This document shows positions 11,701 to 26,700 of a stretch of DNA of 64,000 nt, in pieces. The stretch's first letter is position 1. Every line of letters begins with the position of its first letter. Location: the NCBI RefSeq assembly GCF_018977255.1, contig NW_024704742.1, forward strand, positions 111,230,001-111,294,000, given 5' to 3'. Source of the DNA: Callorhinchus milii (Eukaryota). Below the pieces are notes generated by a model that was not told the DNA's origin, ran no database searches, and saw only the letters and a program-made list of their open reading frames with translations. The position numbers were made by a program, and so were the translations under genes.

Positions 11701-14700
11701 CTGTGACAATGCAGTGATCCCTCATTACTACACTGGCTTGTCAGCCAAACTACAAGCTAAAATTTTCATGCAAGGACAAAAGAGACTAAGATGTTGGAAT
11801 GAGGAAAAGAAAAAAGGAAAGAAACAAAAAGATAAAACAAGCATTTTAGATTACTCACTTAGTCTGTTTTGCATTCCTTTCAACAGTATTACATTACTTA
11901 AACAGACAAACACAGACTCTCGCTGCTCAGGTTCCAGATCATCCAGTATGGGAATGGTTATGTTAGCTTCTGTTTGATTGGTTTCAAAGATAACTGATCC
12001 AGATATGGCAAGATAATCACTCCATTTGGTTGCCCTGGCAATGTGAGATGGGAGATCCGCTGACTCTGTATCATCAAAAGTTGTGTATGTGACTATGGTA
12101 ATGCCCCACAGTCCTTTTAACCTCTGGATTGTCAGCGTCACATTCTGCTCCTCTTCTTTAATACTGACTGGCCGATTTCTTCCCGAAAAGATGAACACGC
12201 CATATGGATCATCATTAGCTAGAATGATCAAGGTTGCATTTGTTAAAACTCCCAGGTTGCCTTTGGAAACATTAGTGATGTATACCGTGAATTCTTTGTC
12301 CAATTCAGGAATATTGTTTGAAGCCACTTGCACCATGATACTCTCTTGAGTCTGTCCTATTTCAAATGTGATATTGCCATGGGTATTGAGCAAATCAGAG
12401 TAAGGATCAGAGGCAACTTCCCAAAACAGAGTAACCTGAGACAAAGCACCACCAGCACGTACAACCTGAAAATTCAAACAGTTCATTAAACACTCAAGTT
12501 GCATAATGGAGATCCAGCCAATTTTAAACTTTATTTCAATGAGATCCAAAATGTTACACCACCAAAATGTATGCATGAATTAAATTATTAATCAAATAAA
12601 AGAATAGAAGAACTTATTCAACGTTAGTGTATGTAGTCCTCTAGTTTACATGTTTAGTTTTACAATAGGCTAAATAAAATTGCTGACCTGTAAAAGAACA
12701 ATATCATGACCTCCTTCTGGTTCTGTCCCATTAACATGTAAGGAATCATTGCTGAACTGGAACACTCCATAGGCATCATCAGACGCATCAATTGTCACTA
12801 TGATCTCTGATGCTATCCCAAGGCTGGCTGAAAATCAATTCAACAAACAGAAACTTTAATCTTCTCAACGCAAAGAGCTATTTTGGGCTCATCTTATAAT
12901 CCTAAGTACTAGTTCATATTTAAATAATAACTCAAGACCTTTTACATTTATACAGTATAAATGTAGAATGTCCCAAAGCATTTTACATAGCTGACTGGTA
13001 GCTTGAGCTGGGAGTGAAGGGAGCTGAAGAGTGTGGGGATGTTGAGGAAGGCGATTAGCATGGGAAATTGAAACACTGACACTGATGACATGTGTGGCTG
13101 AAGAACTTATCTGAGATTGTATTCATTTAAAAAAAAATTAACCGTGCAGGTCAGTGATTTCCCATTGGCACCACCACTCTTATGCCATTACGGCTTTGAA
13201 TTCATGGATTGAGGACACATTTACACCTCCAAGTCTCATGATGAATCAGACAGGCTAGTTAACCTTTAACAGTGCCTTGTATTATCCTGAATTCCCTGGC
13301 TTTCACCAGACAATCTTAGAACTATTTCAGTCCCAGGGAGACGTGGTTGTCAAGATTCAGTAAAGGGAGTTTTACACCAAGTTAAAATGGGGTTTTTGAT
13401 ATTCCAAAATAGGAAGATTTCCAGTACAGGACTGGCTTTCAATACAAGAATTGAAAGACACTTATTTGCAAAACTAAGAAATGTTCAGAGCTTCTAATCA
13501 AATGTATCTTAAGGAGAGCATGATTTGGATCCAGCAGTTTGGTTTAAAGCTGGCAGCTTTGTTCCAGGTAACAGTTAAGGCAGGTAATTATTCCATAGAG
13601 TAATATTATTCACTCGTAAGAATAAAAGATGGAGTATCAAAAAGCAGGTCAATAAAAAGTAGTAAATGAGAAAGAAACTGGGAAAGTGAATACAGTATTA
13701 ATTCCAATCACTGCAATCATCAACTTTAGCTTAAAAGTGAATGTATTTTTGAATTCCAAAAGTTGTTTGAAGGACAGTAAATTGATGAAATATTAGGATA
13801 ACATTTAACAATATTAATTATCTGCTTGTTGGTTCTTGTCCTTTGGGGCATTGGTATACATGGCGACAAGATTTATAGATAAATGCCGTGTTTGGTGATA
13901 CGCGATCTCCAAGAATTTGGGGAAAATGGTTTTGTGAAAATCCTTGAAGAAACTAATAACTTGTCTCAATGTCTGAAACAGGAATCAACAGCAATAACCT
14001 TTGGGTGTCGAGACCCACCTCTATTTTTCCTGGGTGAACTAAATGATTTATAAAAATCATTGACTGAAACCTAAAGGTTGGTAATCAGAGAGGTTAACAG
14101 AGGCACACAAGCATCATTTCAAAAATTTATGGGCCAAATCACCAGAAGCTGGATAAATAGAAGTGTTCTACACAGTCTGCAAGTCGCAGGTTGGTTTAAA
14201 TGTCTGATGCACAACTCAGCAGCTGAATATAAATTCATTTTAAAATGTTGAATACAGTAAATAAGAGCAAGACCGTATGTTCTTACCACGCACATGGACA
14301 GCTGGAAGGAAGAGGTCCAACTCGCCATCACCACTCCCGCTGCTCCCTATGTCAAAGATTTCAGCTATGTCAAAGATTTCAGCTATGTCAGAATAAACAC
14401 TCAGCACACACACACACACTCAGCACACACTCAACACACACACACACACAACAGGTCAACATAAGTAATAAAGGAGAGAGAAAAACTCAATTGAAAAATC
14501 ATCCAGAAGGTTTTTTTTATTGCGCACAGGTTATCTTAATTAAATAATGTATTTTAAATCAAATGGCAATTATGAATTGCAAATCATATTTTATCAAGTT
14601 ATTCAAAATGTAGAATACCCTACAATCTTCGTCCAGAAGATAGGTCCATAATTCAAATCCCAAGACCTGATCTAACTCATTGTCTTATGATTTCAAATTA

Positions 14701-17700
14701 AGACTACGTTTAAAAATGTTCTGAAATTCTGAAAGATTTCATATTTTAAGGCAATCTCTTAAGGCTAAGATAAATTGGAAATTATATCTAAAAAATATAA
14801 TGTGCAGGTATTTGTGCTAAAAGTTCTCATTTTGCTACTGGGACAGGGATTATTGTAGAAAAAAAAATCAAATATATTTTGTTCCCCATTCTTAATACTT
14901 CCAACTATTATTTTTCTCCCTTTTTGGTGACCTGTCGCCTTAACAATGACAATGCAAAAGGCATGCAAAACATATGAGGGTGGGGGGGACATATTCAACT
15001 AATTCTCACTCTCCCCACTCCCAGAATCTGACTGGCCTCTGCTCTGCATTTCCTCCTCAAGGCTAGACCTTGAGCTCTGCATATGGGTAACTGAGCATAA
15101 GAACTCACATCCTACCTTTCTGTTGCGCAATTGCTTGCAGTACCAACTTATGAGTGCAACTGTGTTGGCTTAACATTGTATGTTTAATTTCTACAATTTC
15201 TATTTCTGTCGCCTTTTGTACTTCACAAAGGAAAAATAAATAGTTCATGCCTACCTTCTCCATCAGAATTTGTAAGCTCCACCTTGAAGGTCTTTGGCAT
15301 TTCAGGATTTGAGTCATCTGTGATATTTATAGTTATGTATTTGTAACGTTCTCCAGGCTGAAACGCTAGAATACCTGCAGTGCTCTGAAAGCAAGTTAAA
15401 GGTGTTACCAGTTTCAGCTACTTCACCATTGTGGACCATATCCTGACCAGATGCTAACATTTGACCCAACTTTTAAGGATGACCGATACCCAAGACTCAG
15501 GTCAGAAAGAATCACACAATAAATAAGTTCAATAAAGATTACACAGAGGTTCTATTACAATTACTTGGATGCATCCAACTGTTTATGGTTCTTGTTTGAA
15601 TGGAAAATCATTTGCAGAACATTTTTTTAAAAAAAGATGAAGGCTATTCAAACAAGAACATTGGCCCTTGCTTCAAAAAAGTTATGGCTTAATTCTCAAA
15701 GCATTCCTTCTGTCTGCATTTTACGAAGAATTTGTCTTTTTATACGTCCGTAACAGCACAATACATTGTACATTTGCAGAAACTTCCATGGCTTTAGTCT
15801 GCTGTAAAATAGTCCACAAAATGTTTTATTTCTTACTCAATAGATCTGATATAGCAGCTTCTATACCATTACTCCAAACAAATTTTCTAGGGCCATACAT
15901 ATTTTGATATTTTGAGTACTCTTCTCACCTGATAATCAGATGAACTGACAGCCGTGAGGGGGACAGTCTGGTAACCCACCAGGACAATACCTAGAAGACC
16001 CTGTGCACGGACTACCAGCAGTCTGACTTGTCCAGCCTCCTCTTTCACTGTGATTCTAGGTATAGTGTGGGCAGGGGGAATGATTTGATCGCGTTCTGGC
16101 AGTGGTCCAGTAGAAAACTGTAACAAACCTGAAAGATGGTGCAGTGGGACATGAGATGATTTGAATACCAAAATGATTCTTACCTCCAGGAAGCTAACAA
16201 CAACAAGTTTACATTTATATGGCACCTTTCACATCAGGAGGATGTCTCAAGGTGCTTGATAGTCCTGGCTTGGCACCTGAGAGAGGTTGAAGGTACGGTA
16301 AAAGAAGAAGATCTTGAAATGGACCTTGAAAGAGGTGAGGGAGGGGGCAATTCAGAGGGATTCCAAGGTGGGGTTACACAGAGTGGGGCAAATAGGATGA
16401 AAGCCCGACTGGGAAACACTTTGAGATGTTTCGAAGAAAATGCGCTATATCAAATGCAAGGATTATTATTATTATAACATGCCAACCAAATTTCCCAGTT
16501 TAGTAACAATAATAATTGCAGAATATTTACCATATGGGTGGTCACTGGGTTTGATAATAACCTCTGTACGCATCTTCTCTGGATCAATACTAGCTCCACT
16601 CATTAGGGTAGAGCCAGGTTTTCCATCTCCTGATATTGCGGAAACCAATGATATGATGAAGTGCTCAGCAAGCTCAGGCAGGTCATCATCTAAAGCATGT
16701 ATATTCAGAACCTACAGAAAAAGCAGCAAAACATAATTGGAATTCACTATCCCTGCAAAAAAAAATACACCTGGTATATTCAATACCAGAAGATGAGATG
16801 TTGATTTTTATTTAGACATGTCATTAGAGCTCCTCACCTCTCTCTCCCATTTGGTAATGGGTCATTTGGTAAATTCACTTCCTGGAATGAAACTGAGCCA
16901 TGCAGGTCTAAACTACAAATCTGTTTCCCCAGTCTTTGCTGGGTTAGCTAATCTCATCCATGGCATCAATTGGAGTGGCTCCAACTGGCATCAGTATCCT
17001 TGGCTAGCATGGGAAAATCAGTCGGGAGAGTGAATGGGATCTGACCTTTTCTCAGTAATTTCCCAAAGAAGATGTCTTTAGAAACTTCAGTGTGGGGTCA
17101 AATCCATTGCCCCAAATCCCACTAATGCCCATATTAATGCTCTAAAATACAGAGCCATTGCAGCTCTCCTGTTGTAAATATTGGATGGTTAGTTCATAAT
17201 ATTACCTCTGATCTTTGCCAAGGAGGGAAAGTGATGGTTCCACTGGAGTTGGCAAAATCAGTGACATTGCCGCTGTCAGAATCGATCTGCATGATATTAT
17301 AATTCACATAGACGTAGTCCAGGGCTCCTCTTGTTCTTTCCACAATACACGATATTGTAGACCCTTCAGCAGAAGTCTTCAGAAAAAGAAAACAATAAAG
17401 ATTTGTTGACATGTTCAATAGACAGAAATAATCACAAGCACAAACAAACTGAGTGTTGATTCGAGAAGAAAGCAGACAATTTTCTTTGTGATTCACGAAA
17501 GGAAGGTAGCCATCTAAAATAACAACCCTTAACCCAACTTCATGAGTTGCAGAAGTGCTATACAATAAGCACTGAAAGAGACCCTCTGTTGCCTAGAAGG
17601 TGAAACATCTGACTATTGCAGACCAGTAAGTCACGAGACAGAAAGGAAAAGCCTGCAAGTGACCTCAGCGCCCTGGCATAGGAAAAGAAAATCAGGCAGA

Positions 17701-20700
17701 GTCATGGCAGAGGTTTTGTATGTTTGCATGAGGTACATGGGGTTCCCAGAAGAAGAATACATAGAACTACATCATGCAAAATAGTGCATTTCAAAATCTC
17801 TTGTACTTAAAGAAGACTGCCTACTGTAGCAGGATTTAGTTTCACGTGAATATTGTCAAAAGCAAATTTCCAGACATTTAATGCCATCCATATATGGCTG
17901 AATGAACAATTTTACCTGTGGAATGCAAGTTCCAGTGAAGCCGAACAATCCATTGGCACCATCACTTTTTTGTATCCGCAGCCTCGCTATGGCCCCGTCC
18001 TGTAATATTCTGGCTCCACCATAAGCCATTGTTAGCTTTAATGTGAAAAACTCCTCTCCTTCCTCTTCACTGTCATCTCTTGCTGCGACAATAAACGACT
18101 TCTTTCTTTCTCCCTGTCTATACTCCAGGTATCCTGATATTGGCTGCAGGTCTAGCTTTGCTGGTGTGGCATGAATTTCATGGATTTCTGCTCGGCTCAG
18201 TTTACGGACATACATTCTCAAATCCTGCATTAGTCCCGTGAATCTATTCTGGCCTTCGGCATCTGCTCCAACAGTTATAACACCAGGGCCTGGAGATGTG
18301 TGACATTATTTCTTTAGCATATAGAAATAGAACTGTTAAACGTTTAGATGTACATTTCAATGTTATTATTAGTGTTAAATTAGGAACTAAAAAATTATTC
18401 ACGCCATCCATATTCAGTGCAAATTTAAACAATTCGAGAAAATTATCACTATATTTGGCTCATTGCTGTTGAGATTTTTAGACTTTGAAACTGTGGGTGC
18501 TGATGACAGAAATTAGAGTTCTGAGTCAGAGTATTGAACTAAATAATTGGATAGAGTTCAATTAAAACTATGGCAAAGTAACACTCTAGTCAATGAGTAC
18601 TAGATTTGGTTAGTAATCCAGAGGCAAAGCACTAAAACGGCATACTTTTCTCCTGCAACCACATTTCCTGGCAGCATGGAGACGTTTGCTCTGTTGTTTT
18701 TCACACTGTTGGTCTCTATGAATATCCAGGAACATAAACACAACTTTGAAACAACTGTGCTTATGGATAATTATGGATGGGCATAAGGCAATTCATTTAC
18801 CTTTATTCAATGACTAGCCTTTCATTCAGCTTAATGTCCAAGTCAATATTTGAAGCTAGAGGTATCAAAAATGTGGGTTCTCTTGTTAGAGGAGTTATTG
18901 ATTAGACAGCCTGAGGGAGATCATTTGAAACCATGGCAGAATGAGGGTCCAGCAATAAGACAAAACATAGTATCTGCTTTCTAATCAGAGAATTATGGTT
19001 TGAATGTCAATTGTGGCTCTTATTTTAAGTCTAAATTTATATCCAATCCACATTTTTATAGCACTTACCATCTGCAATCACCTTTGCTTTTAAATGCTTG
19101 GTACCATCAGGAAGCAAGATCCCATCCAGATAAAAGTCAAGAATTCCATCGTCCACTATGATTATAATGTGAATCCAAGTATTTTCTTCAATATATTTCA
19201 AAGCTGTTACCATGCTAGCATGTGTAACATTTGACCCAAACAAAGTATAGTAAAACACAATGGACACATGCGATTCATTGATTATCATCTTCAATGCATA
19301 GAAAATGGTGCCATTGCTCTTTGTCTTCGCAATGATAAACCCATCTGTATAGGGATTAGGTATCACCCAGGCAGACAATGTGAAATTTGTAAATATATAA
19401 TTTATTCTTGGATGATATTCTGGACTAACAGTTCCATAAGCATCTTCTGCTCCACTAAAGTACAGAACGTCAGTACCTGTGTGGTGACGCCTTGCATGAG
19501 GTCTTAGTTCAACATCACTAGGAAATGTTCCAACCAGTATAAAGTCCACCATTTGAGGGAGTCCATATCTGAATGCACTGGATAGTATTTCCCATCCAAC
19601 TCGGACATCCCCAAATGTACCCTTCTGTCGCAAAATGGTGAAATTTGTAATATAGGAAATATCATCAATTGAAAGCACATCTTCTGCTATTTCCCTGTCT
19701 TGGCTCTCTGTGTTCAGGACAAAGACTCCAAAAGGATCGTCATTAAACGGAATCACAACATTGACACTCAAGCTAGTGTTTGCTAGTTCACCACCAGGAC
19801 CAGGACTGCCACCTATAAATTTAAATGAAAGTTCTATTAGTTTTAAGGAATTATTTCACTAAATAGATACCAGCTATATAAAGGTTTAAACACAGTTCTA
19901 TGCTAACTATTCTTGTCAAGAACTGAGATAACATTTTTCTTAAAGAAAATCTTTCAAACACACTACAATAAGAGATGGCATGTCTCAGAAGTTAGAGTTC
20001 AAAGAGTAAACTAAAGCTTTTCCTTTATTGAAGAACTGCTAAATTTTAACTAGTATTGCCCGAGAATTTTAGGTCTACTTATTTTACTTTTTGACAAAAC
20101 CTATTATCTCTGATCTTTTCAAGTCACATCAAGAGGCATATTTCAAACAGAGCATTTTATATATTTTTTGTAAAACAGGAAATAATGAATAATTTAAGAC
20201 ATGTAAGAGGTTATCGTTATATCAGAAAGTGTCCTAACAAACATCTACTGCATTATCTTTGCAAAGGACAATAAAACAGATTGTTTATTTAACTATGGCT
20301 TGCCACATGCACATACCTGACACATTTAGCAGCCTCAGAGTATATATTTCATTAAACTCTGGAATCCCATCAGCAAGTGCATGGAGTGTTATAGGAAGGG
20401 ATTGTTCTCCATTTGCAAACAGCAAAGTACCACATGTTTCTATAAACTCTTGCCCAGGTTTCAAGAAAGATTCATTCACAAATAAGTGCCAGGAAACAGA
20501 AACATTGCCAAACTTCCCTCTCTGTCTCACAATCCTGCATGTAAAATGACAAAGAACAACAGAAAAGAACACAATCTAAATAAGGTATTCATTGTGGCTA
20601 CATTGTGTCCTGTAGTTCAGTGGTTAGAGCACTCGCCTTGCAAGCAAGGGACCTGGGTTTGATTCCCAGCAGGGAGAAATGTTGGGCAAGTTTCCTTACT

Positions 20701-23700
20701 CCACACGCATCTGTTTACCTAACAGTAAGTAGGAACCCGGTTGTTAGTCGACTGGCGGATCACTTTTTCTGCGGATCATAATACCTAAATAAAATGATCA
20801 CTCAATTCACGACTGTTTGTGGAACACTGCTGTGCGCAATTGTCTGCCGTGTTCTGCCCACAAATATACAGTCAATTCACTTTACAGTAAATTCCGTGAA
20901 GCGCTTTGTGACGTCTAGACATGATAAGGCGCTATATCAAATGCAAGCACTATTATTATTATCTATTAAATTCTTACTGAGACTTCGGGTTTGTATAAGT
21001 TGCTTCAGTGGTTGTGAATTAACTGAATTAAAAATAACCAAACAGCTGAAACAAACATACTGTTCAAAAACACAAAGAAAAGGTGTGCTCAAAATGTTGG
21101 ATTGAATATTATACATTACATTTTAAAATGCAAGGGACAACAAATTATTATTCATTATGAAGTAAATATACCATTTCTCTGATACAACTTGTTTTTTAAA
21201 AAAATTCCTTTCAGCCAAGCCAACCAACATGGTAAGGAAGTATATATGAAAATAGTTTCTAAATAGATAGAATATAGGTGTACTGTGACGTAGAGTAGCA
21301 TGGTTGCACCCACAATTCTCCATTTAATAATAATAATAATCCTTGCATTTGATATAGCGCTTTTCACGTCGGGAGGACGTCCCAAAGCGCTTCACAGAAC
21401 ACACTGTAAAGTGAATTGACTGTATAGTTGTGGGCGAACGCAGCAGCCAATTGCGCACAGCGATGTCCCACAAACAGTCGTAGATTGAAAATGACCAATT
21501 TATTATTGTTTTGTTTTGGAGGGATTATTATCAGGTGTGTGGAGTAAGGAAACTTGCCCAAGGTTTCGCCCTGCCTGGAATTGAACTCAGGTCTCTCGCT
21601 TGCAAGGCAAGTTCTCTAACCACTGAGCTACAGGACTCCACTGATCTCAGGTGCTCTTTGTGGGAAAGTAGTTGAGCAGAAATAATGGGCTTTTCCTCAA
21701 GGGAAGAGGATGAGAGGAGTCAGAGGACTTTGATTCATCACGCTGATTACAACGTATGGGAATGAATGGTAACACGTACAAAAATAGGGGGTGTTTGCAC
21801 AGAAGAAGCATTGTGTGAGGACACCAGGTATTTTAAAGTTCAATAAGGCTTTTTCCCTGATCTGAAATTAAATCTTGATGGACTTTTTTTTAAAAACTGC
21901 TGGATGAAGTTACTTACATAAAATTGTTGCTGTCACCCTCTTGTACAGATTTTTCAAGAGGTTCCAGTGAAAAGATTCCATTAGGATCATCATTTGCTTC
22001 AATTATAACTGTGGCTCTTATGGCCCCATAAACAACAGTATCGCCTGTGATAGTAAAGAAAACTCACCATTTGTCTCAGTATCTACAGCACAGGGTGCTA
22101 AGTTAATTTGGTGTTTTGATCAATCATACAAATATAGTTAATATTAAAAATAGTAAAATAATCATAAAAAGCTATTGTAAAAAGAATATTGCTATCAAAT
22201 ATGAGCCAAAATTTAATCACTTAAATACACAAAACTAACGGAAATGCATTTTGCTGCAATACAGCTTTTGTTGTTCTGAAAATCGAAAATGTCCTGAAAG
22301 TTATGAATAAAATGACAAATGTTACTAGTAATGATAACCTTCTGCCTTCAAGGCATTACCTGTAGAATTAAGCAGCTCAATGTAGAATGTTTCATCGGTC
22401 TCAGGATTGTCATCGTCATTAATAACAACAGAAACAGTCTTAGTTTCTTCTCCTATGTCAAACATCAGTGTATTGTTCCCACTCAAAGGAAGAAAGTCTC
22501 CTTCACTGTTGGAGGTGCCTCCATTCTCAACATAATAAACAACAGTAGCCACAAAGTCAGTGGTTCCATTTCTAACAACTGTGAAATTGGCAACTGTTCC
22601 TTCTTGAACTCTTATTGTAATTGGCTCTAAAATTAAACAGGGGAGAGATCAAGGTCAGACTTCTTTTATTCTAAAAATATTTAGTGTAAAATATGTTGAT
22701 CACATTTAAGGGACCGTGGGATGGAACATTTACTCCTTTATCTTCCCCCTTTTCAGTTTTGATTAACAGGTCTATTCTTCAATGTTGACTGACAGTCATT
22801 TCATCAGTTCCAACTTCACACTCACCTTGGTATCATGTTCCTACTGACAAGCATTACTGAAAGTTTCAAACTAAAATAATAAATACTATTCTTTCAACAA
22901 CTTTTGGGGTAGACTGTGATTTGCAAGATTTTGTTTCCCTGAGATTTGCTGTCACCTGTTTTTCATCATTCCGATATACTGTCGGGACTGAATTCCATTG
23001 CTTTTGATTTTTAAATTACTTAAATCTGAGATACATTGGAAAAGGATAAAATCACTGCATTCATATACAAGTTTTTTCTTTCCAGAACATTTTATTTTTA
23101 TTCTTTAAAGCATAATTTTTAAAATCTGCAACACATTTAAAGGATCGTACAGAATATGCTCCAGCAATAGAACTATGCGCTCTGAGACGCCATCCATCAT
23201 GAAGGGCGCTACGTAAATGCAAGTTGTTGTTGTGGGACATTGCTGTGTACATATTTGCTGCTGCATTCACCCACAGAACACACAGACACTCCACTTTACA
23301 GTATATCCTGTGTAGCACTTTGGGATCTCCTTCAGAAGTTGTGCCTATAGGTAAGACGCTATACCAAATATAAAGATTATTATTATTGTAATTATTATTG
23401 GTAAGTGCTTGAATCTCATTCATACTTACACAACAACAACTTGCACTTACGTTGTGCCCTCCACACAGCATAGCGTCTCAAAACAAACAATCAAATTTTA
23501 TTTATTCTAAGATAATCAGAATTGCTTCTGAACAATAACAGCAGCAAACAGCACTGACCTGAACAGTTTAACAGTCAACACAGTTGTTTGGTCTTATATT
23601 CACAATACTTTTACAGAAATGCCTTTGGTTAAGTCCCAATGGAAATTACATAAAGATTTTTTATACAAGCTTTTTCAATGCAATCTCTGGTTTCTGATTT

Positions 23701-26700
23701 TTAAACAGATTCAAAATTTATTTTGAATTCCCTGCACAGGTAAAACCCATTTCAGTAAAGAGTAAGATCTCTGACGTAAACACTTTTTTTATATAGAATG
23801 TCTTAAATTAAATATACTATACTGTCATTATTCATAGTCTTAGAAATTTTAAACAAGCTAACGTGTTTGCAAAACGTTTGCAAGTCTTGTGGTAGACTAA
23901 TTACACACACTGACACAAATTACATTTCAGTGATTCATTTGTAATAGGCGGAGACTATCAATCACTGACTATCTGTAAATTTACTAACCTTGCTTTTGTG
24001 TGCTGAGAAGAAAATCACTGTAAGTGTTCACAAACTAGGTAAATTTAGTGATAAGCAGAAAGAAGTACAAATAATGCCAAGAGTGGTTAATATAATGAGA
24101 ACACCCAAAATGTGTGAATTCCATGCTGAAGTCATCATAACAGTTGGAAAATGTGGCAGTTTCACCCAGCAGACAGAATATACAAGAAACCAGCTTTTCT
24201 TTCCTCATCCCCCAAACCCCTCTACATTATCATCCCGTACCCACTGGTAATTTTGTTGAGACTGTTTGACTCAATTCATATAGGAATAGTTACCAGATAA
24301 ACAACCCTACTATTACATCTGCCTGAGTTGAATTCAAAATCTGTGTTCCAAAGAAAGAAAAGGACAAAGATTAGGATCATAATCCACCTCACTAACTACT
24401 TCTATCAATTTGTTTTGTCTAGAATTAAAAAATAGATTGCTGTAATATAAGAAGAAAACTCCATTATCAAATGTGTATTAAAACATAAAAAGTACAGCCA
24501 ACCTTTAAAATAAATCGGGTCATCATTTTTATTAATGTGAAGAGTTGCGTTAAATGCATTTCCAATCCTGGCACCTCCAGTAGCATTGAAAAGAGTTATT
24601 GTGAAGGTTTCCATATCCTCAGGAATCTGCGTAACGATTACAAAGATAACAAAGTGAATTAAAATTGGAGTTTCATAGTTTATGTAAAGTTAGTTTTCAC
24701 GCCACTAGCTGTACTTCTTTAAAAAAATCAACCACAAAACACTCATGAGAATATTTTAATACCAGACGATCATTACGTTTCCTGCAGACACAAGCCTTAA
24801 TGTTCTTGGTGTACTCTGTGACTATAATGAAATACATTCCAGGTGACTTTCATAAACAGTCAGCCAATACTCTATATAGATTGTGGCATTTGTTACATCA
24901 TAAAATCCATTTCATTTACAGCATTGAATCATATTGGACCCTCAAATTGAGATTTATACCTAGATGTACAATAAAATTGATTTCCATTTCCTATTTGTTA
25001 TTATGGACTCCCATAACATAGTGGTTAGAGCGCTCGCCTCGAAGCGAGAGGACCCAGGTTCAATTCCCGAGCGGGTCGAAATCTTAGGCAAATTTCCTTA
25101 CTCCTCATGCCTCTGTTTACCTAGCAGAAAGTAAGAACCCAGCTGTTAGTCGATTGGTGGAGCGCTTTCCGGGGGTAATAATGCCTCACTCAATCCACGA
25201 CTGTTTGTGGCACACTGCTGTGCACATTTGCCTGCCACATTTCGCCCACAAAATATACAGTCCATCCACTTCACAATACATTTTCAATCCACGACTGTTT
25301 GTGGGACATTGCTGTGTGCAATTGGCTGCTGCGTTTCGCCCACAAATATACGGTCAATTCACTTTACAGTCTATTCTGTGAAGCACTTTGAGACGTCGAG
25401 AAGACGTGAAAAGCGCTATATCAAATGCAAGGATTATTATTATTATTATAAATGTAATTTTACAAGAATTGGCTTAATCATTTTAAGATATTCAGAAAGA
25501 TTGATCATTTCTATGTAAACAGTCATCCCCAACTATACAGGACATTGACATTTTTAATGATATTGTTCAATCTAAACCTTAAGCAGCTTGCATTAAAAGA
25601 GCTTTACTCATTCTAGAGGAAAGACATTCTCTTTAATTTGGCTTAGAAAGTATTGAATTAGGAAGTACCGATACTTACTTCGTCAGGTAGGGACTGAAGA
25701 GTAATGTTTTTTGAAGATTCGGCGCTGTTAAAGGAGACCATACCTTGGACTGGGTAAACATCTTCAGTAAAAATGGGATCAATAATCCAAAAAACACTAA
25801 CATTGCCAAAAGAGCCTTGGTCACGAATTACTGGGAAGATAGCTGTTAAAATTAAAGAAAAATGTTCAATTAACTATAGCTGTTTGGAGATAAGCTGTTG
25901 CAAAATTGCACACAATAGCACCTTAATTTGTTAGGCAGGGAATCAAGGATACGGTATTAAATTGCAGATCAGCCATGATCTAATAAAATAGTGGAGCAGG
26001 CTCAACAGGTCAAATGATCCACCCTTGCTCCTACATTCATGATCTGTGACATTGCTCTTATTCAGCCATATAATGAAGGCTGTCAGTGCTCACCGTACCC
26101 TCAAACAAAGGACACAGAAGCTCAGTATTGCAAGTTGCATGTTCAGTACCTTTATATATTTGGACTTGAGAGTCAGCACAGCAGCCATTTCGAAATCCAA
26201 TCATTATGAAATAAACCTCTGTCACTGTTATTTTTTTTCAAAAATTGTTTAAACAGTATTTGCGATGTTTGGAAGGGTTTTAGTTGAACCAATATAGATT
26301 TAGAAAATTATTGATGGTTTTGCAACAATAACCAGGAGTATTGCTTTAAATTCAATTTTACTGTCTGGGTGTAATATTTACTGAGCATTAACACTAACAA
26401 ATATTTCTTACATATTTAAAATGGGATATTTATTTGTGCTTGAGGACTGATAAGCGTAATTATTTTGAAAATATGCTTTTTTTATTCCTCAAACAAAACA
26501 TGATATAACCAGCACATTAAGTACTTTCTTTCAAGAAATAAACCAGAATAAAGAATTCACTTTTTTAAAATATACTTTACACATGACCGGAGTACTGGGA
26601 TCTCTCAGATATACATTGCAGGTTGCTAATAGCCCACATGGGATGTGCTGGACCTCTCTTGAGAAGTGGACTGCAACTGTTTGAACTCAATTTGCTTTAC

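Noticed and set aside
14347..14390. CRISPR-like direct repeats
   Set aside because: Adjacent tandem 18-mers without spacers inside a vertebrate exon; no cas genes anywhere in the window.
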